Assembly (NCBI GenBank): GCA_029978905.1
Contig: JAPOIM010000001.1
Span: 95,871-159,870, forward strand
From: Planctomycetota bacterium
Lineage (GTDB): Bacteria; Planctomycetota; Planctomycetia; Pirellulales; UBA1268
Length of the DNA stretch: 64,000 bases
Direction: 5' to 3'
Made by a program: the position numbers and the translations under genes. A model generated the notes under the pieces. It ran no database searches. It was not told the DNA's origin and saw only the letters and a list, made by a program, of their open reading frames with translations. Position 1 is the stretch's first letter, and every line of letters begins with the position of its first letter. Below are positions 20,043-29,679 of this stretch, piece by piece.

Positions 20043-21527
20043 TCAGGGAGCGACGGAGGCGGAGGCGTCGTCTCGGCTCATCCGAGCACCGGGAATGTCA
20101 ACGGCCTGGCCACTCTTCATGGTTTCCAGGTCCATCCCGAGCCAGTCGAGGAAGACATCGAGGCCCACGGTGCGGATCGCCAACCGACGAGCCTGGTCGA
20201 TCTGGTCATTTCGCCGCTTCTCATCTTGTGGACGGAAGACAGGCTCTCGCGAATCATCACCACCGCGAGAGATCGGCCGTCCGGCGTCAACGAGCAGGGT
20301 GGTCGACGCTTCCACGTTGTTCGACACGCGTCCGCCAAGGCGTTCCACGAGTGCCGTGAGGGCCTGCGAATCTTCCTGACGGTCGTCGTCAAGCCGAACC
20401 ATCCCCACGATCACCACATCCATGGGCATGCCGGGGCTCCACAGCGGTGTGGCCACTCCGTCGCCAGCAATGATCGGGTTCCTCATTGACTCGTTGCGAA
20501 TCCGCGCGATCACCCGGCCTGCCTGCGACGAGATCACCTCAACCGTGCCCTTCGTCTCAGCCCACAGCGGGGTGGAGTCGTCACCAGAGAACACACGGAA
20601 CACCAGCCCAGGGCGCAGCCCCATCGAGGCTGCCACAGCAATCTCCACCGTGCCGTTGGCTTCATCGATCGACACAATCCGACCGTCGTAGCGATCCACT
20701 CGGTCAGCCTGCGGCAGCGACCGGAGCAGGTAGTCCTGCACATCCTGACTGGCGGCTCCCAAGGAAGCCACGAGCCGATTCTTCTTGGTGATCTCGCCGG
20801 TCTGGTCGTTGAGTTGGTCGTAGAGGATCCGAACCTGCGATGACGGGTCGCTCGCCGCCTCGCGATACCGCTCGCGATACTGCGACGAAATCAACTTCTC
20901 CCCTTGCGCGAGCGTCTCCATCACGTCCTTATACGACTTCGACTCGTCTTGAGCCGCCTGCTGCCCTTGGCTGAGTTGCTGCTGCTGCTGCTCAAACGCA
21001 GCCCGACGCTGGTTGTAGTCATCTTCGTTGGCCGCGAACTGCTGCTCCCGTTGTTGGAGGTCGCGGTCCGCTGCCGCCTTGGCGTCGTCACGCGCCTGCT
21101 CAGCGTCTTGCCTTCCCTGTTCGGCGGCCTGGAGAGCGGTCGTCGCCTTCAGCAGGGCATCGTCCTTGCGGCGGATTTCATCGAGCAGCCGTGAAGCCAA
21201 CTCGGTGTAGCTGTCGGCGTCGGCTTGGAAGTCGGCGTAGTCGCCACCGAAGGCTTCGTTGGTCTCGGTGGTGATCTCATCGATCGACTTGGCTTCAGGG
21301 AAACCCAGAATACGTTTCAACTCACTGGCCGCAGCCTCTTGCTGCCTACTGCTCTGCTGGGCGGTGTTGAGCTCCTGGTTCGCGGCTTCAAGCTGGGTCA
21401 TCGCGTCAGCGCGGGAAGCAAAGACGAAGTAACACAGGACCGCGAGCACAAACAGCAGCGCGACCGTGATGATCAGCGCGATCTGCAACAGCTTGGCCGT
21501 CTGATCCGATCTGCTCACTGTCGCCAT
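20043..21527 (-). CDS. Membrane-anchored coiled-coil protein with a BRCT-like C-terminal domain
   Basis: N-terminal TM segment LLQIALIITVALLFVLAVLCYFVF. About 250 aa of Q/E/A-rich heptad-like sequence follows. The C-terminus (VVIVGM...LTALVERLGGRVSNNVEASTTLLVDAG...ARRLAIRTVGLDVFLDWLG) resembles the LigA-type BRCT pattern. Confidence 0.6.
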   Translation of the reverse strand: MATVSRSDQTAKLLQIALIITVALLFVLAVLCYFVFASRADAMTQLEAANQELNTAQQSSRQQEAAASELKRILGFPEAKSIDEITTETNEAFGGDYADFQADADSYTELASRLLDEIRRKDDALLKATTALQAAEQGRQDAEQARDDAKAAADRDLQQREQQFAANEDDYNQRRAAFEQQQQQLSQGQQAAQDESKSYKDVMETLAQGEKLISSQYRERYREAASDPSSQVRILYDQLNDQTGEITKKNRLVASLGAASQDVQDYLLRSLPQADRVDRYDGRIVSIDEANGTVEIAVAASMGLRPGLVFRVFSGDDSTPLWAETKGTVEVISSQAGRVIARIRNESMRNPIIAGDGVATPLWSPGMPMDVVIVGMVRLDDDRQEDSQALTALVERLGGRVSNNVEASTTLLVDAGRPISRGGDDSREPVFRPQDEKRRNDQIDQARRLAIRTVGLDVFLDWLGMDLETMKSGQAVDIPGARMSRDDASASVAP

Positions 21528-21740
21528 CGTCCGACCCCCTTAGAGCCTTGTCTTCCCTGAAAACCAGTCGCTGAGCATAGGTCCGCGTCGATCGAACCCG
21601 CCAGCGCCGCAACGGACAGACCATCCGCCGAGGTTTGGATCGGCGGCCCACGCCCCAGACGTTGACAAAACCCCACCTGCCCGGGCATTCGGCAGACTTC
21701 CCCCCATCTACCGTGTCTGCCCCTCCTCTTGCCACGCGGT

Positions 21741-22949
21741 TCAGCGGAGCCGAGCGAGAAAGCGAACCAAAGCGGGCTCCATCGACTCGACACTTTCGCC
21801 AAAGGCCGCCTCAAAATCTGCCCGCCGCTGTTCAGGCGAGTCGTCGGTCAGCGGCCCGCGACTGCCAAGCCGGCGGAGATAGTCGGCCGACTCTGCGCGA
21901 CGGGTTTTCAGCAGGAAGAACGCAAGTCCCCAGGCCTCGGCGTAGGCATCGAGGGCGGTCGCCGGATCCCGAAAGACCTCGTCGTCGGAGATAATTCTCA
22001 CGAGCAGGTCGCGCCGGTGGGCCTGGCGCCAGTGCGCGAGACGCTGGTGGTTGATCATGCCAATCCCGCGCCATCCGCGATCCGCCTTGAGGTCCGGCGT
22101 TTCGAAATACATCGCCACGCCCTCGCTCACCCACACCGGAATCGGCGCGAGTCGCTGATGAAGCCCTGTGTTGAAGGCCAGCTGATGGGTCGCTTCGTGC
22201 ACCAGCGTCGAAATCAGGGCCGAGGCCGCAGGACTCGCCGCGATCGCTTGCCCCACCGACTGCCGCCCCACCACCCGATCGCGAAGCGCATCGCTTCCGG
22301 TGATGTCGTAGGTCGTCACGCGGTTACTCATCAGGTTGTAGTACCCGATCACATTCGGAGAACTCGTTCCCAGCGTGGGCTGCGCGTACTCGAGATACCG
22401 CTGCCGGTCGGCAAAGATCACCACGATCAGCGGCCGCTCCGGAGCCGCAAGTTCAAGCCGATCGCGCCGGTAGTAGTTCAAGAATGCTTCGCGGAGCCGC
22501 TCGAACACCGCGGCCACCCAGCGGGCGTATTCGGGCGACGTGTCAAAACAGACGCAGTAGTGCCGGGTGGTGAAGACCTGAAATCCCTCGGGAAGTTCGG
22601 CAAGCACCGCACGACTCACGTCGGCCGCCGTCAGCGACTCCGGCTTTGGCACCACCTCGACGTGATCCCGCCACCCCGCTTCGATCAGCTGCAGCTGCCC
22701 GTCTGCCTCCTCCACCAAAAGGCCGCCATCAAGGGCCTCGACGAGCACCTTTCCGCCGCTGACCCGCTCGCGACCTCCCTCGTCAGGGAGGTGAAACGTC
22801 ACCGTCACCTGCGACCCCGTCAGGTCTTCGCCGTGCATAAGCCCTGGCCAGCACAGGGCCGCCAACATCAGCGGGAGGAGTCGATGCCACAAACCACCGG
22901 CTCGCTCGAGAGCTCGGCAGCATCGGGAGAGGTGTTCAAAACGCTGCAT
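21741..22949 (-). CDS. DUF1570-family putative metallopeptidase (HExxH)
   Basis: The internal ATG at 22949 gives MQRFEHL... followed by the hydrophobic signal LLPLMLAALCWPGLMHG. An HEATHQ motif is present. Confidence 0.7.
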   Translation of the reverse strand: MQRFEHLSRCCRALERAGGLWHRLLPLMLAALCWPGLMHGEDLTGSQVTVTFHLPDEGGRERVSGGKVLVEALDGGLLVEEADGQLQLIEAGWRDHVEVVPKPESLTAADVSRAVLAELPEGFQVFTTRHYCVCFDTSPEYARWVAAVFERLREAFLNYYRRDRLELAAPERPLIVVIFADRQRYLEYAQPTLGTSSPNVIGYYNLMSNRVTTYDITGSDALRDRVVGRQSVGQAIAASPAASALISTLVHEATHQLAFNTGLHQRLAPIPVWVSEGVAMYFETPDLKADRGWRGIGMINHQRLAHWRQAHRRDLLVRIISDDEVFRDPATALDAYAEAWGLAFFLLKTRRAESADYLRRLGSRGPLTDDSPEQRRADFEAAFGESVESMEPALVRFLARLR

Positions 22950-23073
22950 GGTGCCACACGCCACCGCGGATTGGGCTAGTCGAGCCCGTGATGAGCCTGT
23001 ACCGTCCGCGACCGCAAAACCTCCGCTGACGGTGGTTTTGATCGTCACCCTCGCACCGCCAGGGCAGAGCACG

Positions 23074-23793
23074 ATGCCACGTTTCGATCATTTTCGGCAC
23101 CCCATGACCATCCGGATCACACTGAACCGCCTTCAGGCGATGGCCACGGCACTGATGCTGGCAAGCGTCACAGGGTGCGCAGGCTGGCTACCCTGGGGGA
23201 GCTCCGAAGCGACCGAAAAGCAGATCACCCGCTACGGCTTTACGGCGGACCAGCGGATCGACGCCCTGCAAAAAGAGGCGGCCGAAGCGATTGAGGCTGG
23301 CAACGCCGCCCAACTCGCGTTTTCCCAGAGCCTGATTCAAACGCTGCTGGAAGAACACGATCCCCGGGTGCGGTGCTCAATCCTGGAGATCGCAGCGGAT
23401 TTTGACACGCCGGCCGCACATGCGATTTGCGAAGGTGGGCTGCGCGATCCTGACGAGCGGGTGCGGATGACGGCCTGCGACGTCTGCGGCCGACGCGGCA
23501 AAGACGCCGTGCCGCTGCTCGCCGCCTGCATGGCATCCGAAAGCGACATCGATGTGCGTCTGCGAGCCGTCCGCGCCCTGGGCGAAACGGGCGACGACTC
23601 TGCCATCAACGCTCTGGCGATCGCTCTGGAAGATCCCGATCCCGCGGTTCAGTTCCGGGCGGTTGACTCCCTGCGCGAGGTCAGCGGCCGTGACCTCGGC
23701 AACGATGTGAACGCGTGGCGAGCGTGGGCTGCGGATCCCGAAGCTCGGCAAACGAGCCCCACGATGGCCGAAACCATTCGACAACTCTTCTAA
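23074..23793 (+). CDS. HEAT-repeat lipoprotein
   Basis: Lipobox LMLASVTGC. Repeated DPxVR HEAT/PBS-lyase-like units: DPRVRCSILE, DPDERVRMTA, DIDVRLRAVRALG, DPDPAVQFRAVDSL. An alternative start is at 23104. Confidence 0.7.
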   Translation: MPRFDHFRHPMTIRITLNRLQAMATALMLASVTGCAGWLPWGSSEATEKQITRYGFTADQRIDALQKEAAEAIEAGNAAQLAFSQSLIQTLLEEHDPRVRCSILEIAADFDTPAAHAICEGGLRDPDERVRMTACDVCGRRGKDAVPLLAACMASESDIDVRLRAVRALGETGDDSAINALAIALEDPDPAVQFRAVDSLREVSGRDLGNDVNAWRAWAADPEARQTSPTMAETIRQLF

Positions 23794-24061
23794 GCGGGCG
23801 TTCTCCCCCTGCAAGGTCTCGCGCCGGCTCCCCGTTGGCACACCTCTCGCCCCCGCCAAACAGAGGAGGGCAAACTCTACGGGTTATTCGGAGGGGGAAA
23901 CCTACGGCAAGACTCGGTCGTGAGTGAGAGACCGCAGCGTTTCGCCGAGGCGATTGGCCGATAGACCGGGCATACGTCGTGGCGTTTGGCGGAGACCTCT
24001 CAGCCAAACACTACTGCGACCCTGCTGTCTCGCCGTGGCCTCGCACCGATTCGAGTTTCTC

Positions 24062-25798
24062 ATGCTTCTTCGCTCCGCAGACGGACGCTCTCAGTCCACG
24101 CCCTCTCACTACGGACGCTTCGCCCAGCCACTGGCGCTTTTGCTCGTGGGCGTCGTCGTGGCGGCCGTCGGGAAGGGGCAGGGCACCTCGCCCGATGGCA
24201 CACCGCAGTATGAAGACCTGCGTGTGGCCCGCTCGAGTTCCCGGCGCCTCATGGACGGCTGGTTTGGGCGAGGAAGCCAAAAAGCCGACGAAACTCCCGC
24301 CACACGCCCACAGCGTGATTTTATCCCGGCCCCACAGCCGGATCCCCCGCCCGCCACACGACAGGCCGTCGTCACCCCTCGTGGCGGCGACCAGGTGAGC
24401 GACGCTTCCACGGAAGCCGACACGGCGCCTGAGAACAGCGTTGGGCCAGGCTTCACGTGGCCACAGCGGAGCTGGGACGAAGTGAAGGGACTGGCGGGTC
24501 GCGTCGCAGACTCCGCCCGCACACTGGTTGGCGGTGAAGAGCAGGAGGAGTTGGCAGAAGCCGCTGCGTCGACCGACAGCAGCGAAGCCTCGACAGAATC
24601 CCGTGGCGTGCCAGGCATGCCTGCCCGGGTGGTCGCCAGCGATCGTCCGGATGTGGAGAAGGTGGCTGACGAACCTGCGCCATCCGCCAACCAACCACGC
24701 AAACCACTCCCTCCACCATCCGCGGTCGCCCCCCCACAGACGCGTGAGTTCGCGGTGCTCAAGAAGCAGGTTGAGAACACCCTCGCGCTCTACAAGCGGA
24801 GGCCCCTCAACACGGTTGAGAATACGCCCTGGGAAGTGATGCACGGCTTCATTGCCTTCGGCCTTCCATCGCAGGTTCGGGTGGGCCGATCAGGCACCCT
24901 CGTCAATTCGATCGGCTGGATGAACATGGGAGGGCGGTGCCGAGGGCAGGTGATGCTGGTGCCGGCCGGTGAACTTCCGACTGGCCTCATTGGCTACGGC
25001 GTGCAGGGACATCTCGCACAGTACCTTGCCATCCTCGCCCAGTGCCGCGTCGCCAAGGAATCGCCGCTCAAACTCCAGGGGCACGACTACACGGTCGCCG
25101 ATCTCGTCACACAAGAGCAGCTTTGTTGTAAGTCAGGCGTCGAACTCACCTTCACGCTGATTGCGCTCTCGCACTATCTCCAAACAAACGAGGTCTGGCA
25201 GACCCGAGAAGGGGAGACGTGGAACCTCGAGCGGCTTGTGGAAGAGGAACTCGCACAGCCGGTCCGCACCGCGGCCTGCGGGGGCACGCACCGTCTGTTT
25301 GCACTCTCCTACGCTGCCCAGCGGCGCCGGGAGGCGACCGGCTCACTCGACGGCGCGTTCCTGCGAGCCGACAAGTTTGTGCGTGAATACCAGGTGTTCG
25401 CTCTCTCGAAACTGCAAAACCCAGATGGGTCTTTCAGCACCGAATGGTTCAAGTATCCGGCAGACCGCTCAGACGACATTGACCGGAAGGTGCAGACCAC
25501 AGGACATATCCTTGAGTGGCTCGTCGCCTCGATCGATCAGCCAATGCTCTACCACCCCAGGATCGTGCATGCGACCTCATTCCTCGCACGAGCCCTTGCC
25601 AGCGACCCCAAACGGGAATGGAAAATCGGCCCCATGGGGCACGCACTCCACGCCCTGACGGTCTACCAGGAGCGGGCGTGGGGAACCGTCCACCCTGGCA
25701 ACATTGCCGCCTTCCATGGCTCGATGAAGGCCGTCCCCAACCGCCCGTTGGCGCTGGCCGAAGGGGTCGACCTGACGCAGCCGGTGCTCGTGCGGTGA
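24062..25798 (+). CDS. Secreted or membrane-anchored hypothetical protein with a Pro-rich disordered N-terminal half and a conserved-looking C-terminal domain
   Basis: The ATG at 24062 is followed by the hydrophobic anchor LALLLVGVVVAAVG. A low-complexity P/A/S/E region of about 230 aa follows. The C-terminal domain of about 330 aa has ACGGTHRLFALSYA, QNPDGSF and TTGHILEWL. Confidence 0.6.
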   Translation: MLLRSADGRSQSTPSHYGRFAQPLALLLVGVVVAAVGKGQGTSPDGTPQYEDLRVARSSSRRLMDGWFGRGSQKADETPATRPQRDFIPAPQPDPPPATRQAVVTPRGGDQVSDASTEADTAPENSVGPGFTWPQRSWDEVKGLAGRVADSARTLVGGEEQEELAEAAASTDSSEASTESRGVPGMPARVVASDRPDVEKVADEPAPSANQPRKPLPPPSAVAPPQTREFAVLKKQVENTLALYKRRPLNTVENTPWEVMHGFIAFGLPSQVRVGRSGTLVNSIGWMNMGGRCRGQVMLVPAGELPTGLIGYGVQGHLAQYLAILAQCRVAKESPLKLQGHDYTVADLVTQEQLCCKSGVELTFTLIALSHYLQTNEVWQTREGETWNLERLVEEELAQPVRTAACGGTHRLFALSYAAQRRREATGSLDGAFLRADKFVREYQVFALSKLQNPDGSFSTEWFKYPADRSDDIDRKVQTTGHILEWLVASIDQPMLYHPRIVHATSFLARALASDPKREWKIGPMGHALHALTVYQERAWGTVHPGNIAAFHGSMKAVPNRPLALAEGVDLTQPVLVR

Positions 25799-25944
25799 GG
25801 TTGGCCTGGTTTCTCGACGCGGCTGCTCGACTCTGACTTGATGCCTGCAGGGCCTCGGCATACGCTTCGAGCACGCCGTCCGGGGCTTGGGTTGCAGGGC
25901 TGTCCAGACGATCCGCACCGGCCGACGTCCGGCGGGATCGGACC

Positions 25945-26874
25945 ATGACGGCCAGCAGCCAAAAGCAACACCTCGAGCATTTCCTGGCAGCAGGCGTACG
26001 GCTCTATGAGCAAACGTCGGCCGATGCACTGTTGATTTTGGTCGACCGCAAACTCGACTGGGAACAGGTTCGCGAGGCGACGCGCCGCATTCCTGTCCTC
26101 GTCGCAGCAGATGACGAGGAGGACCTCGCAGGCGTCGCGGCTCAGGGCCTTCAGTCGGTGCTCCTCGACGTCGCGGGCCTGCCGGTGCAGGAGCGACTCA
26201 CGCAGGCGCTCTTGGAGTGTGTCGCCGCTGAGTTGATTGCGCCCGAGGCGAACGTCGTCGCCCTCTACAGCGGCTTCGAGGCGGGATCGCTCGACTCCCT
26301 GAGCGTGCTCCGCCTTGAGGAGCATCTCGGCCAGCTCACCAGCCGCGACCTTCGCAACCTCGAAACCAAAGTGCCGCTCGAGACGCTCAAACTCGTGGTC
26401 GACATCGCGGTAGAGATTGGCCGCGAAGGTCGCGAAGGGAAACCAGTCGGCACGCTGTTTGTCGTGGGAGATAGCCGGCACGTCATGCAGGCAAGCCACG
26501 CGACAGGGTTTGATCCGGTGCGGGGCTACAACCGCGTCGAACGAAAACTCACCGACTCGCGCGTTCGCGAAGGCATCAAAGAAATCGCGCAGCTCGACGG
26601 CGCGTTTATCGTCAACGCCGACGGGACTGTCGAAGCCGCCGCCCGCTACATTGATGCCTCGGCCGAAAACGTGTCCGTGGCCAAGGGGCTCGGAGCGCGA
26701 CACTGGGCCGCGGCAGCGATCACGCGGCGGACCAAAAGCGTGGCGGTCACGGTGAGCGAGACCAACGGCACGGTGCGTCTCTTTCAAAACGGCGAGGTCG
26801 TGCTCCGCATTGAGCCCTTCCGGCGAGCGATGAAATGGAAAGACTTCGAATACGAGCCACCGAGTGGTGACTGA
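25945..26874 (+). CDS. DisA_N/DAC (diadenylate cyclase) domain protein with an N-terminal alpha/beta regulatory-type domain
   Basis: The C-terminal 150 aa align by eye to the CdaA DAC domain. GTLFVVG, LDGAFIVNADGTVEAAARYI and GLGARHWAAAAITRRTKSVAVTVSETNGTVRLFQNG correspond to GALIVIE, HDGAVI and GTRHRAA...IVVSEETG. Confidence 0.7.
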   Translation: MTASSQKQHLEHFLAAGVRLYEQTSADALLILVDRKLDWEQVREATRRIPVLVAADDEEDLAGVAAQGLQSVLLDVAGLPVQERLTQALLECVAAELIAPEANVVALYSGFEAGSLDSLSVLRLEEHLGQLTSRDLRNLETKVPLETLKLVVDIAVEIGREGREGKPVGTLFVVGDSRHVMQASHATGFDPVRGYNRVERKLTDSRVREGIKEIAQLDGAFIVNADGTVEAAARYIDASAENVSVAKGLGARHWAAAAITRRTKSVAVTVSETNGTVRLFQNGEVVLRIEPFRRAMKWKDFEYEPPSGD

Positions 26875-26904
26875 TTCCTCGACGCCTCCTCAGCGACCAA
26901 CCGC

Positions 26905-29679
26905 ATGACGAACACTCCCGATCTCACAGGCCGCACCGTGTGGGTCGTGGACACGCTCTCGCGGATCTACCAACTCTTCCACGCTCTCCCGGAGATGACC
27001 TCGCCCCAGGGGGAGCCTGTCTCGGCTGTCTACGGATTTGCCCGCGACCTTCTCGACATCATCACCAGCCGCCGCCCGGACTATCTCTTCTGCGGAATGG
27101 ACGCAGCCGGGCCCACCTTTCGCCACGAAGCGTTTGAAGCCTACAAGGCCACGCGGAGCGAAATGCCGGCCGACCTCGTGCCGCAGATTCCGCTGATTCG
27201 CCGGCTCGTCGAGGTGATGCACGTGCCGATGCTCGAACAGTCGGGCTTTGAAGCCGACGACGTGCTCGCCACGCTCGCCACCAAGACCACCGCGGCTGGG
27301 GGCACCTGCATCCTGGCTACCAGCGACAAAGATGCCCGGCAACTCTTAAGCGACCAGGTCAAACTCTATAACCTGCGAACCGCGAGTGAGTACGGCCGCG
27401 CTGAGCTGCTCGCCGAGTGGGGGATCACACCGGAGCAGGTGGTCGACTTCCTCTCGCTCGTGGGCGACAGCGTGGACAATGTGCCAGGCGTGCCGCTCAT
27501 CGGGCCGAAGATCGCGTCGCAGCTCCTGCAGGAATATGGCTCACTCGATGCGATCCTCGCCAATGCTGCCAAGGTGGCGGGCAAGAAGCGTTCCCAGAAC
27601 CTTCAGGATCACGCCGACACCGCACGTTCCAGCCGCGAACTCGTCCGCCTGCACCTCAACGTTCCCTGCGAGATTCCGTGGGAGCAGGGCAGGGTGGCAG
27701 CTCCTCCAGTGGAACCGGTCATCGCCTTCCTGAAGGAGATGGGCTTTAAGAGCCTCGTCGCCGAAGCCGAACGCAGACTCAGTGGCGGAGCGCCGTCCGT
27801 ACCAATCTCACCAGGCAAGGCGGCTTCGTCCGGCAAGGCGGGCAAGACGCCGCACGGTTCTCCGCTCTTTCCAGACGACCTGCCGCCTGCGGCGGTGCCG
27901 CAACAGCCTGCCGACACCGAAAGCCTTGCCCGCGTGCTATCGGCTGCGAGGGCCACAGGCCAGCTCAGTGTGTGTGCGGTCGCCCCTGCCACGCGACCCA
28001 TTGGTTCGGCGACGGGGATCCTTCTCGCCGCTCCGCAGGCCAACGCCCCATGCCACATGGCCTACCTCACCGCCGACACCGTTGCCGATGGGACGTCGCA
28101 CGCGGCGGCCCTGCGGGAATGCCTTGCCGACCCAGCCGTCACGGTGCACGCCCATGACCTCAAGCGGCAGCTTGTGCTTGGCTGCCACTTTCGCCTGCCC
28201 CATGGGATGGTCGCGTACGACACGCTCGTAGCCGCGTACCTCCTCGACGCCGGCCAGCGCAGTTACGGACTCGCAGACATCGCCCAGAGGCTGGGCGTGT
28301 CACTGCCCGGCTCGCTTCCGGCCGAAGACTCGACGAGCACTCCGGAAGAAGCCGCTGCAGTCGCCTCGGCCGTCTTGGCCCTCGCCGCTCCGATGACGGC
28401 TGCTTTGGCAGACGCCGGCCTCACGGATCTCTTCCACGCCGTCGAAATGCCCCTGGTCGCGGTCTTGGCTGATATGGAGGTGCGAGGCGTGCGGGTCGAC
28501 ACCTCCACGCTGGAACGGCTCTCCGAAACCTACGCCGCCCGGCTGACCACCCTCGAAGCGGAAATCACCGAACTGGCAGGCCATCCCTTCCTGATGAGTT
28601 CGCCGAAACAGGTTCGTCAGGTGCTCTTTGACGAACTTGGCCTCCCAGTCGTGAAACGCACCAAGACGGGCCCCAGCACCGACGCCGAAGTGCTTGAAGA
28701 ACTTGCCTCGCAGCATCCCTTGCCTCGCAAGCTCCTCGAGCATCGACAGTTCGCCAAACTCAAGAGCACCTACGTCGACTCACTCCCGCTCCTCGTCGAC
28801 CCCAGCACGGGCCGCATTCACGCCTCGTTTAACCAGACCGTGGCTGCCACGGGCCGGCTCTCGTCAAGTAACCCCAACCTGCAAAACATTCCCGTCCGCA
28901 CCCGTGAAGGCCGGGAAATTCGCGCGGCGTTTCTACCACGTGAAGACAGTTGGCGATTTGTGGCTGCCGACTACTCGCAGATTGAGCTGCGTGTCCTCGC
29001 CCACCTTTCGGCCGATCCGGCCATGCAAGCCGCCTTCGACGCTGGTGACGACATCCACACACGCACCGCCATGGCCGTGTTTGGGGAACCGCAGGAGGCG
29101 ATCACGTCGGAGATGCGGCGCGTCGCGAAGGCCGTTAACTTCGGCATCCTGTATGGGCAGAGCAGCTTCGGACTTGCCAAAGCCCTCTCGATCACACAGC
29201 TCGAAGCCTCTGCGTTTATTGAAACCTACTTTCGCACCTTCGCGGGTGCGGCCGCATTTATCGACACCGTCCTCGACGACTGTCGACGGGACGGCCGCGT
29301 CACCACCCTCCTTGGCCGCCGCCGCGCGATCGAAGGCGTGCGGCCACGCGAGGCACGTCGCACCGCCGCGGGCGGCTTCTCCCTCACGCTCCCAGAACGC
29401 ACGGCAATCAACACGGTCGTCCAAGGGTCTGCTGCCGATCTGATCAAATTGGCGATGCTCGCCGTCAACCGCGACCTCGCCGAGCAGAAGCTCGCCGGCC
29501 GGATCATTCTTCAGATCCATGACGAACTCGTACTCGAGTGTCCGGCTGGAGAACTCGAGGCGATTCGCGCGTTGGTCGAGCAGGCCATGCTCTCGGCGAT
29601 GCAGCTGTCGGTTCCGCTGAAGGTCTCGGTGCATGACGGCGACACCTGGGATGCCTGCGACAAGGGAGGGGCGGGGTGA
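26905..29679 (+). CDS. polA: DNA polymerase I
   Basis: 924 aa. It has a 5' nuclease domain (YKATRSEMPADL, GVPLIGPKIA). The polymerase motifs are DYSQIELRVLAH, RRVAKAVNFGILYG and QIHDELVLE. Confidence 0.95.
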   Translation: MTNTPDLTGRTVWVVDTLSRIYQLFHALPEMTSPQGEPVSAVYGFARDLLDIITSRRPDYLFCGMDAAGPTFRHEAFEAYKATRSEMPADLVPQIPLIRRLVEVMHVPMLEQSGFEADDVLATLATKTTAAGGTCILATSDKDARQLLSDQVKLYNLRTASEYGRAELLAEWGITPEQVVDFLSLVGDSVDNVPGVPLIGPKIASQLLQEYGSLDAILANAAKVAGKKRSQNLQDHADTARSSRELVRLHLNVPCEIPWEQGRVAAPPVEPVIAFLKEMGFKSLVAEAERRLSGGAPSVPISPGKAASSGKAGKTPHGSPLFPDDLPPAAVPQQPADTESLARVLSAARATGQLSVCAVAPATRPIGSATGILLAAPQANAPCHMAYLTADTVADGTSHAAALRECLADPAVTVHAHDLKRQLVLGCHFRLPHGMVAYDTLVAAYLLDAGQRSYGLADIAQRLGVSLPGSLPAEDSTSTPEEAAAVASAVLALAAPMTAALADAGLTDLFHAVEMPLVAVLADMEVRGVRVDTSTLERLSETYAARLTTLEAEITELAGHPFLMSSPKQVRQVLFDELGLPVVKRTKTGPSTDAEVLEELASQHPLPRKLLEHRQFAKLKSTYVDSLPLLVDPSTGRIHASFNQTVAATGRLSSSNPNLQNIPVRTREGREIRAAFLPREDSWRFVAADYSQIELRVLAHLSADPAMQAAFDAGDDIHTRTAMAVFGEPQEAITSEMRRVAKAVNFGILYGQSSFGLAKALSITQLEASAFIETYFRTFAGAAAFIDTVLDDCRRDGRVTTLLGRRRAIEGVRPREARRTAAGGFSLTLPERTAINTVVQGSAADLIKLAMLAVNRDLAEQKLAGRIILQIHDELVLECPAGELEAIRALVEQAMLSAMQLSVPLKVSVHDGDTWDACDKGGAG

